DNA from: Octopus vulgaris
Taxonomy: Eukaryota
NCBI GenBank assembly: GCA_951406725.2
Contig: OX597818.1
Coordinates: 96,100,001-96,164,000 of the forward strand
Direction of reading: 5' to 3'
DNA length: 64,000 bases
The position numbers and the translations under genes are program-made. This document shows positions 38,569 through 51,076 of the stretch, piece by piece; within the stretch, counting starts at the first letter, position 1, and each line of letters opens with the position of its first letter. The notes under the pieces were generated by a model. That model worked only from the letters and a program-made list of their open reading frames with translations. It was not told the DNA's origin and ran no database searches.

Positions 38569-38930
38569 GTACGTGGCGGGCGGTTAGAGATAGTCGCGTC
38601 TTTACTGGTTTTACTAAGTATACTGTATGCTAAGTATACTGAAGTGGCTATTATAACAATCCAACATTTTAAGGATTATAACAGTGGCGACGAGGATTTA
38701 AGCAATTCACGAAGAATTAACAAATTCGATGAGGATTTTAACAACTTACGAGAAGTCAACAAACTTACTGAAGTTTTGGTTGTGCGAATTTTACGAAACA
38801 AAAAAAAATAAAAACTAAAATTACGGAAAATTTGTCGGCCGGTTTGCTCGAGTAGCAAAAACAGCAATAACAGTAACTGCAAGAACAACAGCTGAAGCAA
38901 CAACTACAACTGAAAGAACAGCCGTTCAAG
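38569..38930 (+). mobile_element. Ty3/Gypsy fragment: LTR end (...ataaca at 38683), PBS TGGCGACGAGGAT (38685-38697), decayed Q-rich gag start
   Basis: The PBS is complementary to the 3' end of tRNA-Ser(GCU) (...AUCCUCGUCGCCA); followed by ENLSAGLLE*QKQQ*Q*LQEQQLKQQLQL. Confidence 0.7.
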
Positions 38931-39263
38931 AATTTGCTATAACGCACATTTTCCACTGAACTCAGCCAGAGTATTTTCGTGTCAAGGTGGACACTAGTTT
39001 GATAGTTGAGCTCTGATTAGCTGTATGCAAATGAGTTCATAACTGGGGTGCAGAACTCTCGTGGGAAAAAAATTTTGCTTCCGGGCTGCTTAAAACCTTA
39101 TAAGTGGATTTGGTAGACAGAAACGGAAAGAAGCCCGTTGTACATACATACATACATACATACATACATACATACATACACACATACATACATACACATA
39201 TCATACATATATGCGTACATACATGCATACATATACATATGCACACACACTTATCTCTCTTTC

Positions 39264-39319
<56 letters not shown>

Positions 39320-39323
39320 TCTA

Positions 39324-39398
<75 letters not shown>

Positions 39399-39407
39399 GT
39401 CTATCTA

Positions 39408-39451
<44 letters not shown>

Positions 39452-39474
39452 CCTATCTGCCTGTGTGTCTGGCT

Positions 39475-40150
39475 TTGTGAATGATCCGTCAAAATCGTCA
39501 CCCGACCTTGAATTACTGATGATGTGGGCATCAGTAAAAATTGTGCCACATGATTTTCAAAGAAAATTCGAAGCTGTAACATGTTGCTACAAAATTTGCG
39601 CAAAATTTGCCTCCTGAATGGAGTTGCAATTAGTCAGTATCTGTTTGATCGCTCGGTTGCCGATGAAAGCTTTCTGAGAAGTGCCATAACAGATTACGAA
39701 ACATAGTTGTACAGCTGCGATGTGGAAAGGAAATGACAGTCGTTACACCGAGTTGGATTATCGCTTCCACGAGGAAACAGGTCAGAGTCGTTCGAAAGTG
39801 AAAGTAACGTTTGATTATTTTTTTTATTGGAATGGCATCATCCATCATGAGTTTGTTCCACGTGACTAGACAATCTGTAAGGAGTTATATTCGGCTGCTC
39901 TGGAGTGTTTGGAAAAGACAATGTGAAGAATGATGCATGAAGCATGTACAAACAAAACCTGGACACTGCACTATGACAAGATGTCTGTTCATGCTTCACT
40001 CACTATCCGTGACGTTTAGTCATCTCACTATCCATATTTTCCCCCTGGAAGGTCACCGACTTCAGCTGACAGACGAAATCAAGAAAAGTTCATTGCTAGT
40101 GCGCAATTCTAGCAATGAACTTGAAAACGTGATTAAACTGTAAGTCAAAT
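39475..40150 (+). mobile_element. Decayed mariner (DD34D-type) transposase fragment
   Basis: LIIFF.WNGIIHHEFVPRD*TICKELY, resembling the mariner GIVHHEFVP motif. Confidence 0.7.
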
Positions 40151-40229
40151 AATATTTCGTTTTTTAACTTGTTTGGTTTATTTTTTGGACAGATCGCATA
40201 TATACCCGGAAAACAGAAGTTAAAAGTAT

Positions 40230-41270
40230 CTGTAGACAGTAAAAAGAGATCGCTTGAATGGAAATTAATCACCCTCAAAATAAGAATTAAAACTGTCAGT
40301 GAAAAAAGTCCGGTGCCAGAAAAGAGTAACAGAAAATAAATTGATCAACAACAAACATAACCGAAACCAATGAATGGTTTACTGAGATATGAAGGGAAAT
40401 CAATAATGCTTCGGAGGCATCGTCGCAGAAAGATAGAGTGTCATTCTGGAGAAAAGTCTGGAGGCAAAGAGTTTAATTGGAGTGTAGGGCGACTATATAC
40501 AATATAAATGGTGAGCCCATTGAGATTGTTATCCTTAAACATCAGGATAGGAAAGCTCAGGAGGGGATTTGGTTATCGGACCAGAAAAACTTATCCTTTT
40601 ATTGAAGGTATTTTATTGATCTATAACAACAAGCTCTCAGTGGAGATAATAACATATTAAACTGGATGGCACAGGCAGAAACGAAACTGACACTCCAAAA
40701 CAATGCCACTTTGCAAAAGACTACCAGGCAATTGCGTGCCAAATCTCTTGTATAAAATATTCATAGCTTATCTAAACTTGTTTCTTTAAAGCCCTTGTAA
40801 CAGATATGACATCATCAGAACTGGAAAAGTAGCTGAGAAGAAAGGAATTTGAGAATGTGCTGTACGACTCTTGATCAACAAAACTAGGAAGATAGCGGTG
40901 CGACTGCATAAGAACTTAGTAACAGTCTGGCTGGATTACAAGAAAGCATTCGATTCTTTTTCCCGTCTTGTAGATGTTAGAGACTTTTCGACTTGCTAAA
41001 GTTCCAAGCTTTAGAGAGCCTCACTTCGTCCTGGGCCATCATTATAAAGTAAAATATAGGAAGTGTTTATGGTGTTACTCATAGGTTACAGTATTAGAGG
41101 TACATTTCAGGTAATAGTCTCTCTCTCTCTCTGATGTTGTTTATACTTCCAGTAACCCACCTGTCCTTTTTGTTAAGGACATCTGATGGATATGCGATTG
41201 AAGACAGAAATACCTATCAAACACATTGTGTCATTGTGGACGATCTATAAATATATTTTAAGTATATAGG
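40230..41270 (+). mobile_element. Decayed R4/Dong-like non-LTR RT fragment
   Basis: HKNLVTVWLDYKKAFDS, RGTFQ, IVDDL*IY. Confidence 0.65.
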
Positions 41271-41480
41271 TAGTGTAAAGAAAATCCCTAACCTACGTAC
41301 GAACTTCTCTGGAAATGGGAAAGGATTTGTCCGAGATATATGTTCTTACATGGTCGTAAAACGACAAACCCATTTTCTAAAATTATAACAGTAATCAGAC
41401 TATTTCTTAGCTATCGAATAAGTGCAACGGGTATTTTTCTTCACTCTTTCTCAACTACTTTTCTCTTTATCCTTATGCTT

Positions 41481-41516
41481 TCTTCTGGTGAAGGACTAAT
41501 GTCCGAAACGTTAAGA
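41481..41516 (+). ncRNA. Minimal hammerhead variant (A6G) in a Penelope-like stub
   Basis: UCUU-CUGGUGA-A-GGAC(uaau)GUCC-GAAAC-GUU-AAGA. Confidence 0.55.
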
Positions 41517-42475
41517 TTCTTTCCATTCTTTTTAAAGCATTAAACTTATATATGATAGATGTGCATAGTTTTTACAAACAGAACAATGTACGTAATTATA
41601 TAGAAAGATAACTGCATACATACATACATACTGCATACATACATGCATACTGCATACATACATACATACAAACATACATGTGTGTGTGTGTATTTATGAT
41701 TGCATTACAACTCATGGTTGATTACCATTGTCACAAATGTTATACAATGTATGTTATGAAAAAACAACTAGAAGCAAGTGAGAGCTCATTTTCTAGAATA
41801 AAGCAACAGAATTCCGTGTAGTTTCTAAGGTGGCTTTACTCAGTTGTTCAATATTTTAGATTTTTATAACCTCGAGTAAAGCTTCTAGAACCTTTGAGAA
41901 TAATACATGGCGGGAATTTACACAACTTCCTGTAAAGTCTACTGCCTTTAATTGCAACATGCGAGCCGATGTTGGGTAGTAGAGAAACTTTTACGTGAAC
42001 ATTAATGCTTTGTATGGTGATATTTGATTCAAGGAGCTGGTAATGCAATTTGTAGAAATACACTTAAGTTGTGGTTCTTAACTGGAAATGTGAACGAAGA
42101 GGTTCGAATTGAAGTAGAGAGCTGCTACGGGTGTTCAGAATATGAATTAGCATAAAATTCTGGTGACAGATTTTTAAATTTAGATTACTTTAAAGTAAGA
42201 AGTTGGTATCATAGACCTAAAGGCAGTCTCAAGCGGGTTGGTATTAAAAGATTCGTAAATGTAACAAGTGGCAGGCGTTCAGATGAGAGACAAACTGCAT
42301 TTCTTTCCAAAATATTGAAAGAAAAAAATGAAGAAATTCACTGATTTTCATGACAATCAAAGATGTCACATTAAGAGGATTTATAATGGCTTTTAAAAAT
42401 GGAATCCCTGAAGAGTACGGTTTAATATTTCTTTTGGAACATTCATTTATACAGTTGTGTGTGTGTATGTATATG

Positions 42476-42507
<32 letters not shown>

Positions 42508-42537
42508 TGTATGTATGTATGTATGTATGTATGTATG

Positions 42538-42604
<67 letters not shown>

Positions 42605-42784
42605 ATATATATATCTATCTATCTATATATATATATATATATGTAGAGGGAGAGAGATAGAAAGAAAGAAAGAGAGAGAGAGAGAAATTCAGTGCCAGTA
42701 ATTACTTATATATCAAGATTTAACACAGGAAAATTGGTAAGGGAGTAATAGATAGGAAGATAGATAGATAGGGAAAGAGGAAGG

Positions 42785-42815
<31 letters not shown>

Positions 42816-44135
42816 TGAGGGAGAGAGAAAAAATATAATTAAGTGTCTCACTGTATGGATGTATTTGTACACACACATACATATACACATGTACGCGCGC
42901 ACACACACACATATATCTATATACATACACATACATCTATTAGCTATTAGCAACACAAGCAATCTTTGTAACGAATATTAATTTGCATAGCTAACTTAAC
43001 TTGGATATGTTGTTTTAAATGTCTTAAGCTGTAGTACTCATCCTGAGGAAACGTCTTGTATAAACGTAAAGTCCTAAACAGCACAGATTTTTATCAGCAG
43101 ACAAAATTTCATTCGCATCGGCGGATGGGACAGTTGTATTGCGTGATTTCGGCAACATACACGCAATCATTGAAGGGCAGACCAAAATTTCATCAAACCG
43201 ATGTAGTTTAACACTGACTAAACAGTCAGTGATGTCACAAAAACCTGGCGGTGTGTGCATAAATTAACTATTAGCAGCGGAAGCAGTTTTTGTGACGAAT
43301 GTTAATTTGAACATAAACTCATGTATATTCATGCTGGGATGACTATGCCGTAAATTGTAGGTATCTTTTCTGTTTGGATATTTCAGAGTTTATTCAAAAT
43401 TTTAAAATTTGGTGTAATAATGTAGATCTCTAAACTGAACCTCAGAAGATATTTCATTTTTTCCAGAAAAGTTTTTTAAAGAAATTTAAAGAGGTTTAAA
43501 ATTTGATAATTTTCACCCAGTCAGAAAACAGGATTTACAAGCTGTCATTTTGTGCGTGACGTGTTTTAATATGAAATTGTAAATGAATCAAATTCTCCTT
43601 TACGCACAACATACATCCCCTCGTAACATTATTTTCGGAATTTTCAGGAAATCTTTGCGAATTTGTATTCTACACTCGGGAATTTATACGATTATGTAAA
43701 AACCAAAAAAAGTCAATTGGATGGGTGTGATTAAAGGCCAATTTAGCTGTTATTTTAGGCACATCTCTCGACCAGGGTACAAGCAGCAGATGAGCATATT
43801 TCGCGTAGAATATATCTCTCAACACGTACTGTCTCGCAGATAAAAGAGTTCTCATGCTTGGCATGTTATTATGGAAACAGGCATGAATGTGTCTGTGACT
43901 TACGATTGGCTAAAATTACTCAAACTTTGCAAACGTTAAAAGCTAATAACTCTTTATTTATTGATTTGTGGTGAAAATGAATTTCATGGCATTGATTAGC
44001 ATATAAAACTACATCATTAAACCAAATATGAAATCAATTCGAACAGAAATTGAAGAGATTGAAAATTGGTAGCCAAACACTGCGTAAGTAGCTTGCTTAC
44101 CAACCATGTGGCAAGCTACTTACCACACAGCCACT

Positions 44136-44174
<39 letters not shown>

Positions 44175-44203
44175 AAATAAGCAACAAGAATTACTCCGGT
44201 AAT

Positions 44204-44289
44204 TTGGTACGATCGTTTCATACTACATCATTTTATTAAATGTTGTAAGTATTACAACAGTTTTAATATGCTGAGCACTCATCAGCCAA
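44204..44289 (-). ncRNA. Type I hammerhead ribozyme with intact core and a long stem II, inside a Penelope-like stub (44172-44430)
   Basis: UUGG-CUGAUGA-GUGCU...(UGUUGUAA/UUACAACA hairpin)...AGUAU-GAAA-CGAUCG-UA-CCAA; palindromic stem III ACGAUCGU, GUA triplet. Confidence 0.8.
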
Positions 44290-44431
44290 TTATAGAGGTT
44301 TACCATTAAAACCTCTATAGTTGCTTATTTTGATTATAATCACCCCACGGATTTTTATGGATCACACCATACAGAATTCTGGTGCGTCTAAATTAAGTAC
44401 CATATTCATTTGAATCTAAATTTTTGCGGAG

Positions 44432-44497
<66 letters not shown>

Positions 44498-45131
44498 TAT
44501 ATATATACATACGAACTAAAACTACCACCAATAATGTAATACGCAACGTTATAACGTAGTTGCATTAGTTAAACGGTATATAATTGATGTGTTTGTGAAA
44601 TGTCACGACATGCGTCGGCTTGTTGATTTAGTCATTTATCCATCAGGAAACTCTTGGTAAGAAAGCGATATTCATGTGTAAATTATGCATAGATATTTAT
44701 AGATACCAGTATATGCACATACCTATAATATTTGTGAGTGTGTCTACATATGTGTATGTGCTTTTATGTATGTATATGCACACGTACACTCACACACAAA
44801 CACACTATTGATTGATGTTTGTTTTTACGAAGCTATGTATTAAAACAATTTGATACTAAACTGAAAGATTGCTCAATGCCTTTTAGTAGAGTATATATTT
44901 ATTAATTTTTACAAGGAAAAAGCTGACGGTGACTTTGAATGCTTGTCTGATGACATTGAGCACACCAAAATTTCGAAGTCGCTGTCAAATCTTTTCCTTG
45001 TAAAAAATTAGTACATTTATACAAGTATATGTCTCGCCTGTATATGTGACTTGCAGATATTTTAACACCCTGTGCTCAGAGCATTGTCCACAGCGAACCG
45101 GCGAAAAAGAAAAACACAATATGTTCAGTCG

Positions 45132-45177
<46 letters not shown>

Positions 45178-45212
45178 ACTGGTTTAGCTTAAACATTTGT
45201 AGGAAAGCGAAA

Positions 45213-45290
45213 AGAAGAAGAAGAAGAAGAAGAAGAAGAAGAAGAAGAAGAAGAAGAAGAAGAAGAAGAAGAAGAAGAAGAAGAAGAAGA
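45213..45290. repeat. (GAA)n microsatellite
   Basis: Read directly; adjoins a minus-strand SINE. Confidence 0.95.
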
Positions 45291-45499
45291 AATGTTTCAT
45301 AAGGGCCGGTTTCCCGGTTTCAGTGGCGTAGAAATTCCCCACCTGGACGGGACGCCGATCTGTCGCAGGATTACTCATTTTTGCCAGCTGAGTGGACTGC
45401 TCAAGAATACAACGCATCGCTCGGTCCAGGAGTCGAAACTACAATCTTACGATCATGAGTCCAACACCCTAACCACTAAGCCACAGGAAAGCGAGGGTA

Positions 45500-45845
45500 G
45501 GACGTAATTCCATTAGGTAGTGGTGCTGAGAAGGAACGACTGGGAGACTATTTAGTGCTCTGGGTTTGAGAAATGTGTCATTGTGTGGATGATAGAAGGC
45601 GTAGAGAAGGTATTTATCAGGTAGCTATGGAGATAAATAGTTCAGTGAAACAAGCAGTTGTAGTAACGATTGAAGAGACGGAGAGGAGACATGCCCGTGG
45701 GATACTGATCGAAGGATGGTGTTAGTGAGAGAATTATTGCGAATCAGTTGATTAATCATCGTTGGTCTGTGCTCTAAAATGCCAGTCTATGCTGCAACGG
45801 TAGCTACACGGTCTCAAGGATGAGAGCAGTATTCCAGTGTGGGTT
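45500..45845 (-). mobile_element. CR1/L2/Crack-type LINE 3' fragment
   Basis: PTLEYCSH ... LFNRYYNC on the minus strand. Confidence 0.5.
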
Positions 45846-48045
45846 TTATTCGATCGTTGTGAAAGGTTAACAATAATAATCCGAATGGCTACAAATTCCG
45901 AATCCTTCTATATTGCTAATTTAATTCTCCATGTTTATGAACGTCCATGTTTATGAACTATATACACAAGTCCGAATTAAATTTGACATGGAAAACGCTC
46001 AATATTTCCAATCTGTTTTTCCCTTGTTCAGTCTAAGTTTCTGATATTTGTTCTAATAGTGCGATTATTGATAAATTATAATTAGCTGATGTCTGTTTTG
46101 ATGGGTGAAGACGCATGGCTCAGTAGTTAGAGAGTCGGGCTCACGATCACGAGGTAGTGAGTTCGATCCCTGGACCTGGTTGTATGTTGTGTTCTTAAGC
46201 AAGACACTTTATTTCAAGTTGCACCTGTTCAATCAGCTGTAGAAATGAGTTGCGACATCACTGGTGCCAAGCTGTATCGGCCTTTGCCTTTTCCCTTGGA
46301 TAATATCTGTGGTGTGGAGAAGGGAGGCTGATATGCACAGGCGACTGCAGGTCTTCCATAAACACTTTTACTGGACTTGTGCTTTGGAGGGTAACTTTCA
46401 AGGTGCAATCGCACAACCATTCATGACCGAAGAGGGTCTTTACTCTATATTCGGATGAACAAGAAAAAAAGTATGATGTGTTATGTTTATGCCATTCTTC
46501 ATGCATATTGAGTGATATTTAGAATACAAACGATTTTAGTAAAGAGAGGAGCTTACGAGTTCTGATGTACTGATAACAGACAAATTGAAACAAGCTGATT
46601 TCCAAAATTGGTGTGACGCCGGAAATTTTGAGGGAGACTGCAGTTGATTAAAAAGCCTCAGTTTATTATTGGTACTTATTTTGTTGCCTTATAGAATGCT
46701 AGAAGATAAAGACGATCTTTACTCAATAAGTAACTAAAAATTGCTCTCTCGATTCCATTAACCCACTGACTTTATAAGATGAAAAATATCGGTTTCAAAT
46801 CTTGGCACAAGTCCAGCCAGTTCGGGGATGGGGTTAGACGATTACATTGACCCCAATGTTCAACTGGTATTCATTTTATGAAAGGCAGAGTTGATCACCG
46901 CGGAATCTGAATTCAGAACGCAAAGAAGAAGGAAATGCCGCAAAGCATTTTGACCGGTGCAGTAACGATTCTGCCAGCTCGCCGCTTTAATAAGATGAAT
47001 AATATTCCGAACAAAATATGATGAGAGGAAGCGTAAAACTTCCGGCAATCCCAGTCTGTGACATTGTTTAAACTTCCACATGACTCACACGCATGACCGA
47101 CTTAGGAGGGAATGCGGTTGAGACGTTTCGGCGCAGCCGTGCTGGTACCGCCTATTTGGCGTCGCGGATTCTACACCGACTCACTTGGCATTTGATGATT
47201 TTATATTTCTCCTTCTCCCATTTCTCTCACTGTCTGTGTGTGTAAGCATATTTCTTCTCATGTGAGTGAGGATAGGAAAAGTGTATATGTCAGCCGTGTT
47301 TGATTAATAAATTGTAACGTCTCTTTCTCTCCCTCTTTCTTCCCACTCTCTTTACTCTATGTATATATTTCTATGCATGAGTGCGTATGCATGCACATGT
47401 GTGTGTGAGAGAAAGAGGGAGAGAGGGAGATAGTGTTTGTGTGAGTAAGAGAGAGAAAGAGTGTGTGTGTATGAGAGAAAGAGAGAGAATGTATGAGAGG
47501 AAGAGAGAGAGTATGTATGAGAGAAAGATAGAGAGAGTATGTATGAGAGAAAGAGAGAGAGAGAGTATGTATGAGAGAAAGAAAGAGTATGTATGAGAGA
47601 AAGAGAGAGAGAGAGAGAGAATAAGTGTGTATGTGTGTTTGCCTTCAGTGCCAAAAAGTACTGTTGCTAAGCATAAAGAGGAGTGGTGCGTGCTTTTCTG
47701 GGTGTGTGTACGTGTGTAGAGGTGTTTAAATCCGGCAGTATAGTGGTGTAGGTTAGTAGGGGTATGAAGTGTGTGTGTGTATGTGTGTGTGTGTGTGTGT
47801 GTGTAGTCGTATATGTGTGAGGCGCCTACGACAGTTAGGCGAAACTACTCTAGCCTAGTGATTCTAGAGACGCTCATGGGGCGGTTATCTCCCCTGTTAA
47901 TGTATATGTCTATATATATTGCGCGCTTCTTACAGCATTAAGATTTTTTTTCTTATTTCTTGCAACATAGGTGCTTCAGCACCTTCAGTCACTATTAGTG
48001 ACGATAAAAGTTTTCCTTTGTCGTATTATATTGCGCTTAGCTGTT

Positions 48046-48090
<45 letters not shown>

Positions 48091-48742
48091 CTATTTATAC
48101 AACTAGTACATAGGTTACATAACACACGCACATATGTGTATGTATGTATATATAATGTAATTTATGTACTAGTGGTTTAAACAGGGTAAATTTAACTATT
48201 TAGTCATAAATTGACACACTTATGTATTCATGTATGTATGTATCATAAAATGTACATTCTAGTGGCACCATACTAACGAGGGGTTAGTCGAGGTATGGAA
48301 ATATATCTCTCAGTGTGCAGTTTAATCTTGCAGGGGAGTGAAATAAGTTAGATATATCGAACGTTCCAGGCAACATTCTCGTGTGAAGCGCTGCCAGATC
48401 AATTTCAAAAAATAGAGCAAAAAAGTTTCACAAATTATCGGAATGTAACAGAAAGCAGCCTAAAATGAGAATGCCTGTAGTTTGACTGACTTTGATTTCT
48501 CAGTATCACCTCATCGAAGTTGAACTTTAGAAATTTTGAAAAGTCTGTTAACAGCTATCAATTGGATAATCACAGCACCCTGCCGAGAATCTCTCCGAAT
48601 TTTGTTCCATATATATGATTTAAAGATATATTTCAGTAAACGGAATTTTTATGATTATCATTCTCTCTCAGACTCTCTCACTATATAAATAAATAAATAT
48701 ATATATCAAACACACACATCATAGATGTATGTACGTACGTAC

Positions 48743-48773
<31 letters not shown>

Positions 48774-49589
48774 TGTATGTATGTATGTATGTATGTATGT
48801 ATGTATGTCATTATTCAGTTTTATTTCAAAATTTCTTGTCAATAAAGAGCCGGCTTCTAACCTAGACCCAGGGCTCCCTCATTGGAATTTCAGCAACGTC
48901 AACAGGGAAGTTTTGTATGTATGTATGTATGTATGTATGTATGTATGTATGTATGTATGTATGTATGTATGTATGTATGTATGCATTCATGCATGCATGC
49001 ATGCATGTATGTATGTATGCATGTATGCATGTATGTATGTATGTATGTATGTATGTATGTATGTATGTATGTATGTATGTATGTATGTATGTATGTATGT
49101 ATGAATGCATGTATTTATGTATGTATGTATGTATGTATGTATCTATGTATGAATGCATGTATGTATGCATGTATGTATGTATATGTGCAGTATTTAGAGC
49201 CAGTGCAAGTGCAGATTTGTATGTTTTGTTTTATGTTTGTATTCTCTTGTATATAGTTAGAAAAAAACCCCCATATCTTTAAGTGTTGAATTCACCATAC
49301 AATGCCAACTATCGTTTCTGTTGTATCAACATAATTAGATAGAGAAAATTCCATTCAAATTGATATATCCGAAAATACACGTTAACACAACGTTTTCATG
49401 GCGATTCAAAATTTAGTTAAGTTCAAAGTGAACAAAGAAGATATTTCCAGTACACGAACGTATGCAAAAACCGCCCCACCCCATGCTTTTAGAAGAAATA
49501 TAATATTCTAAGGAAAGCTATTTTAGTATCCAGCTTTCGGCGACGTCAGTGGATAACGAAAGAATATAAAAAAAGTACGTTCGCTACTT

Positions 49590-50280
49590 CACCAGGTACG
49601 GGTGGCCTCTAAAGAGAAAGTCCTTATCCTAGGTTCGCCGATCCTCCCGTCTGCCATTCGTTCCACCCTCAGGTTTAAGCTTCTGCAGCTTGTAAGATTG
49701 ACGGACAGACTGAAGGTTATCGATGCTCCCCCAGTACTGTTCCTGTTAAGGAACTGCTTCGCCATGTTGAAGCTACTGTGTACCCTCCGCAGTTCCCCCT
49801 CCAACAGCCACATATCTTTTTTCACGGATCTCAACCTTTGTATTCAACGGGCCGCCGAAGAAATATGCAACGTTTGTTTTCGACGACACTGGATGGCAAC
49901 AGGCCACCTCACCCATCAAATATGGTGGCCTCGGCCTTCGATCTTTACTCTCACTGGCTCAACCGGCTTTTCTTTTGTCGGTGACCTCTTGTGTCCTCAT
50001 TAACAGGGTTCTTCATAACACAACTGAACCGTTTGTAATTGGGGAACGCGAGGTGGCCTACGCGACATTAAGCCAGCTGACGTCCATCTCCTCTCTCTCC
50101 TCTATGGGTGTCTGGTCTCTCAAAAGAAATAAGACGCCATCCAGTCTAGCATGATCATGGACGAGTTAGTGCGCCGACTTGACCTGCACCGTCTGGCATG
50201 TTTCCGCTCAACTTCCGAGCTTCACAGCGGAGCTTGGCTCAATGCAGTGCCATCACTCAGCTTGATAGCAACTGACTGCG
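49590..50280 (+). mobile_element. CRE-clade non-LTR retrotransposon fragment (RT thumb and downstream region)
   Basis: ILGSPI, LFLLRNCFA..KLL..LRSSP, WQQATSPIKYGGLGLRS, HSGAWLNAVPS across frameshifts. Confidence 0.75.
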
Positions 50281-51041
50281 CCTCATGAATGCCGTTGCGG
50301 ATTTACGTTTCGGACGTTAGTTTTTCGTTGGAAGAAAGACATTGGAGTAATAAAAATAACAAAAAAAGTATAATGGTGTAGGTTTGTAGAGGTATGAAGT
50401 GTGCATGTGTGTAATCGTATATGTGTGAAAAAAACGTGAAAGTGAAAAGATGGGAGCAAGCGCGAGTGTGAGGTAAAGAGAAAGGCAAGAGAAATGCGGA
50501 GAGAGAGCTCAAAGTGTATGCAAGGGTTTACATGTGAGACGCAGTTGCATGGAAGTAAAGCACGAAGAACGGAACGAAAGAGGGAGAAAAGGTGAGAGTT
50601 CAGGGACAGAAAAAAGGTGTGAGAAGAATAAGACTTATTCTTTCTCAAAATTGTTCTCATTCTTCTCTCATTCCTCTCTTTGAACTCCGACCTCTTCACC
50701 GTCATTCGTTTCCTCGCTCATGCCTTCCTTCCATGCAACAGTGTCTCATACCCATACCCTCTCATACAGTTCGGTTACATATTCCATATTACTTATGTCT
50801 TTCTTTTTATCTCACACCCACACCAGCTCCCATATCCTCAGTTTTACGCTTTCCTAATACACAATGCGATTACACACACAAACACCACTCCTCCCTTATA
50901 TCCTTCTCAAAATACTGTACGCTTCCTCTACTCCCTACCTCTCTCTTCCTATAAAACACTATTCTCACCTGGCTTCTAACTTCTGGCCCATTTTCTTTCT
51001 TTTTAATTGCTTTTTCTCTTTCTCATTCCATCTAACTTTTT

Positions 51042-51076
51042 CTTCTGACGACGAACAAACAATCGAAACGTTAAAG
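51042..51076 (+). ncRNA. Minimal hammerhead variant with weak stem II in a Penelope-like 3' region
   Basis: CUU-CUGACGA-c-GA(acaaacaa)UC-GAAAC-GUU-AAAG. Confidence 0.45.

Noticed and set aside
43025-43062. ctca-tcc-tgag-GAAACGTC resembling a hammerhead 3' half
   Set aside because: The upstream sequence is CTGTAGTA rather than CUGANGA, and stem I is unconvincing.
42990-44060. Non-microsatellite block that looks like an interspersed DNA element
   Set aside because: I could not establish termini, a TSD, a second copy or a coding motif from this window.
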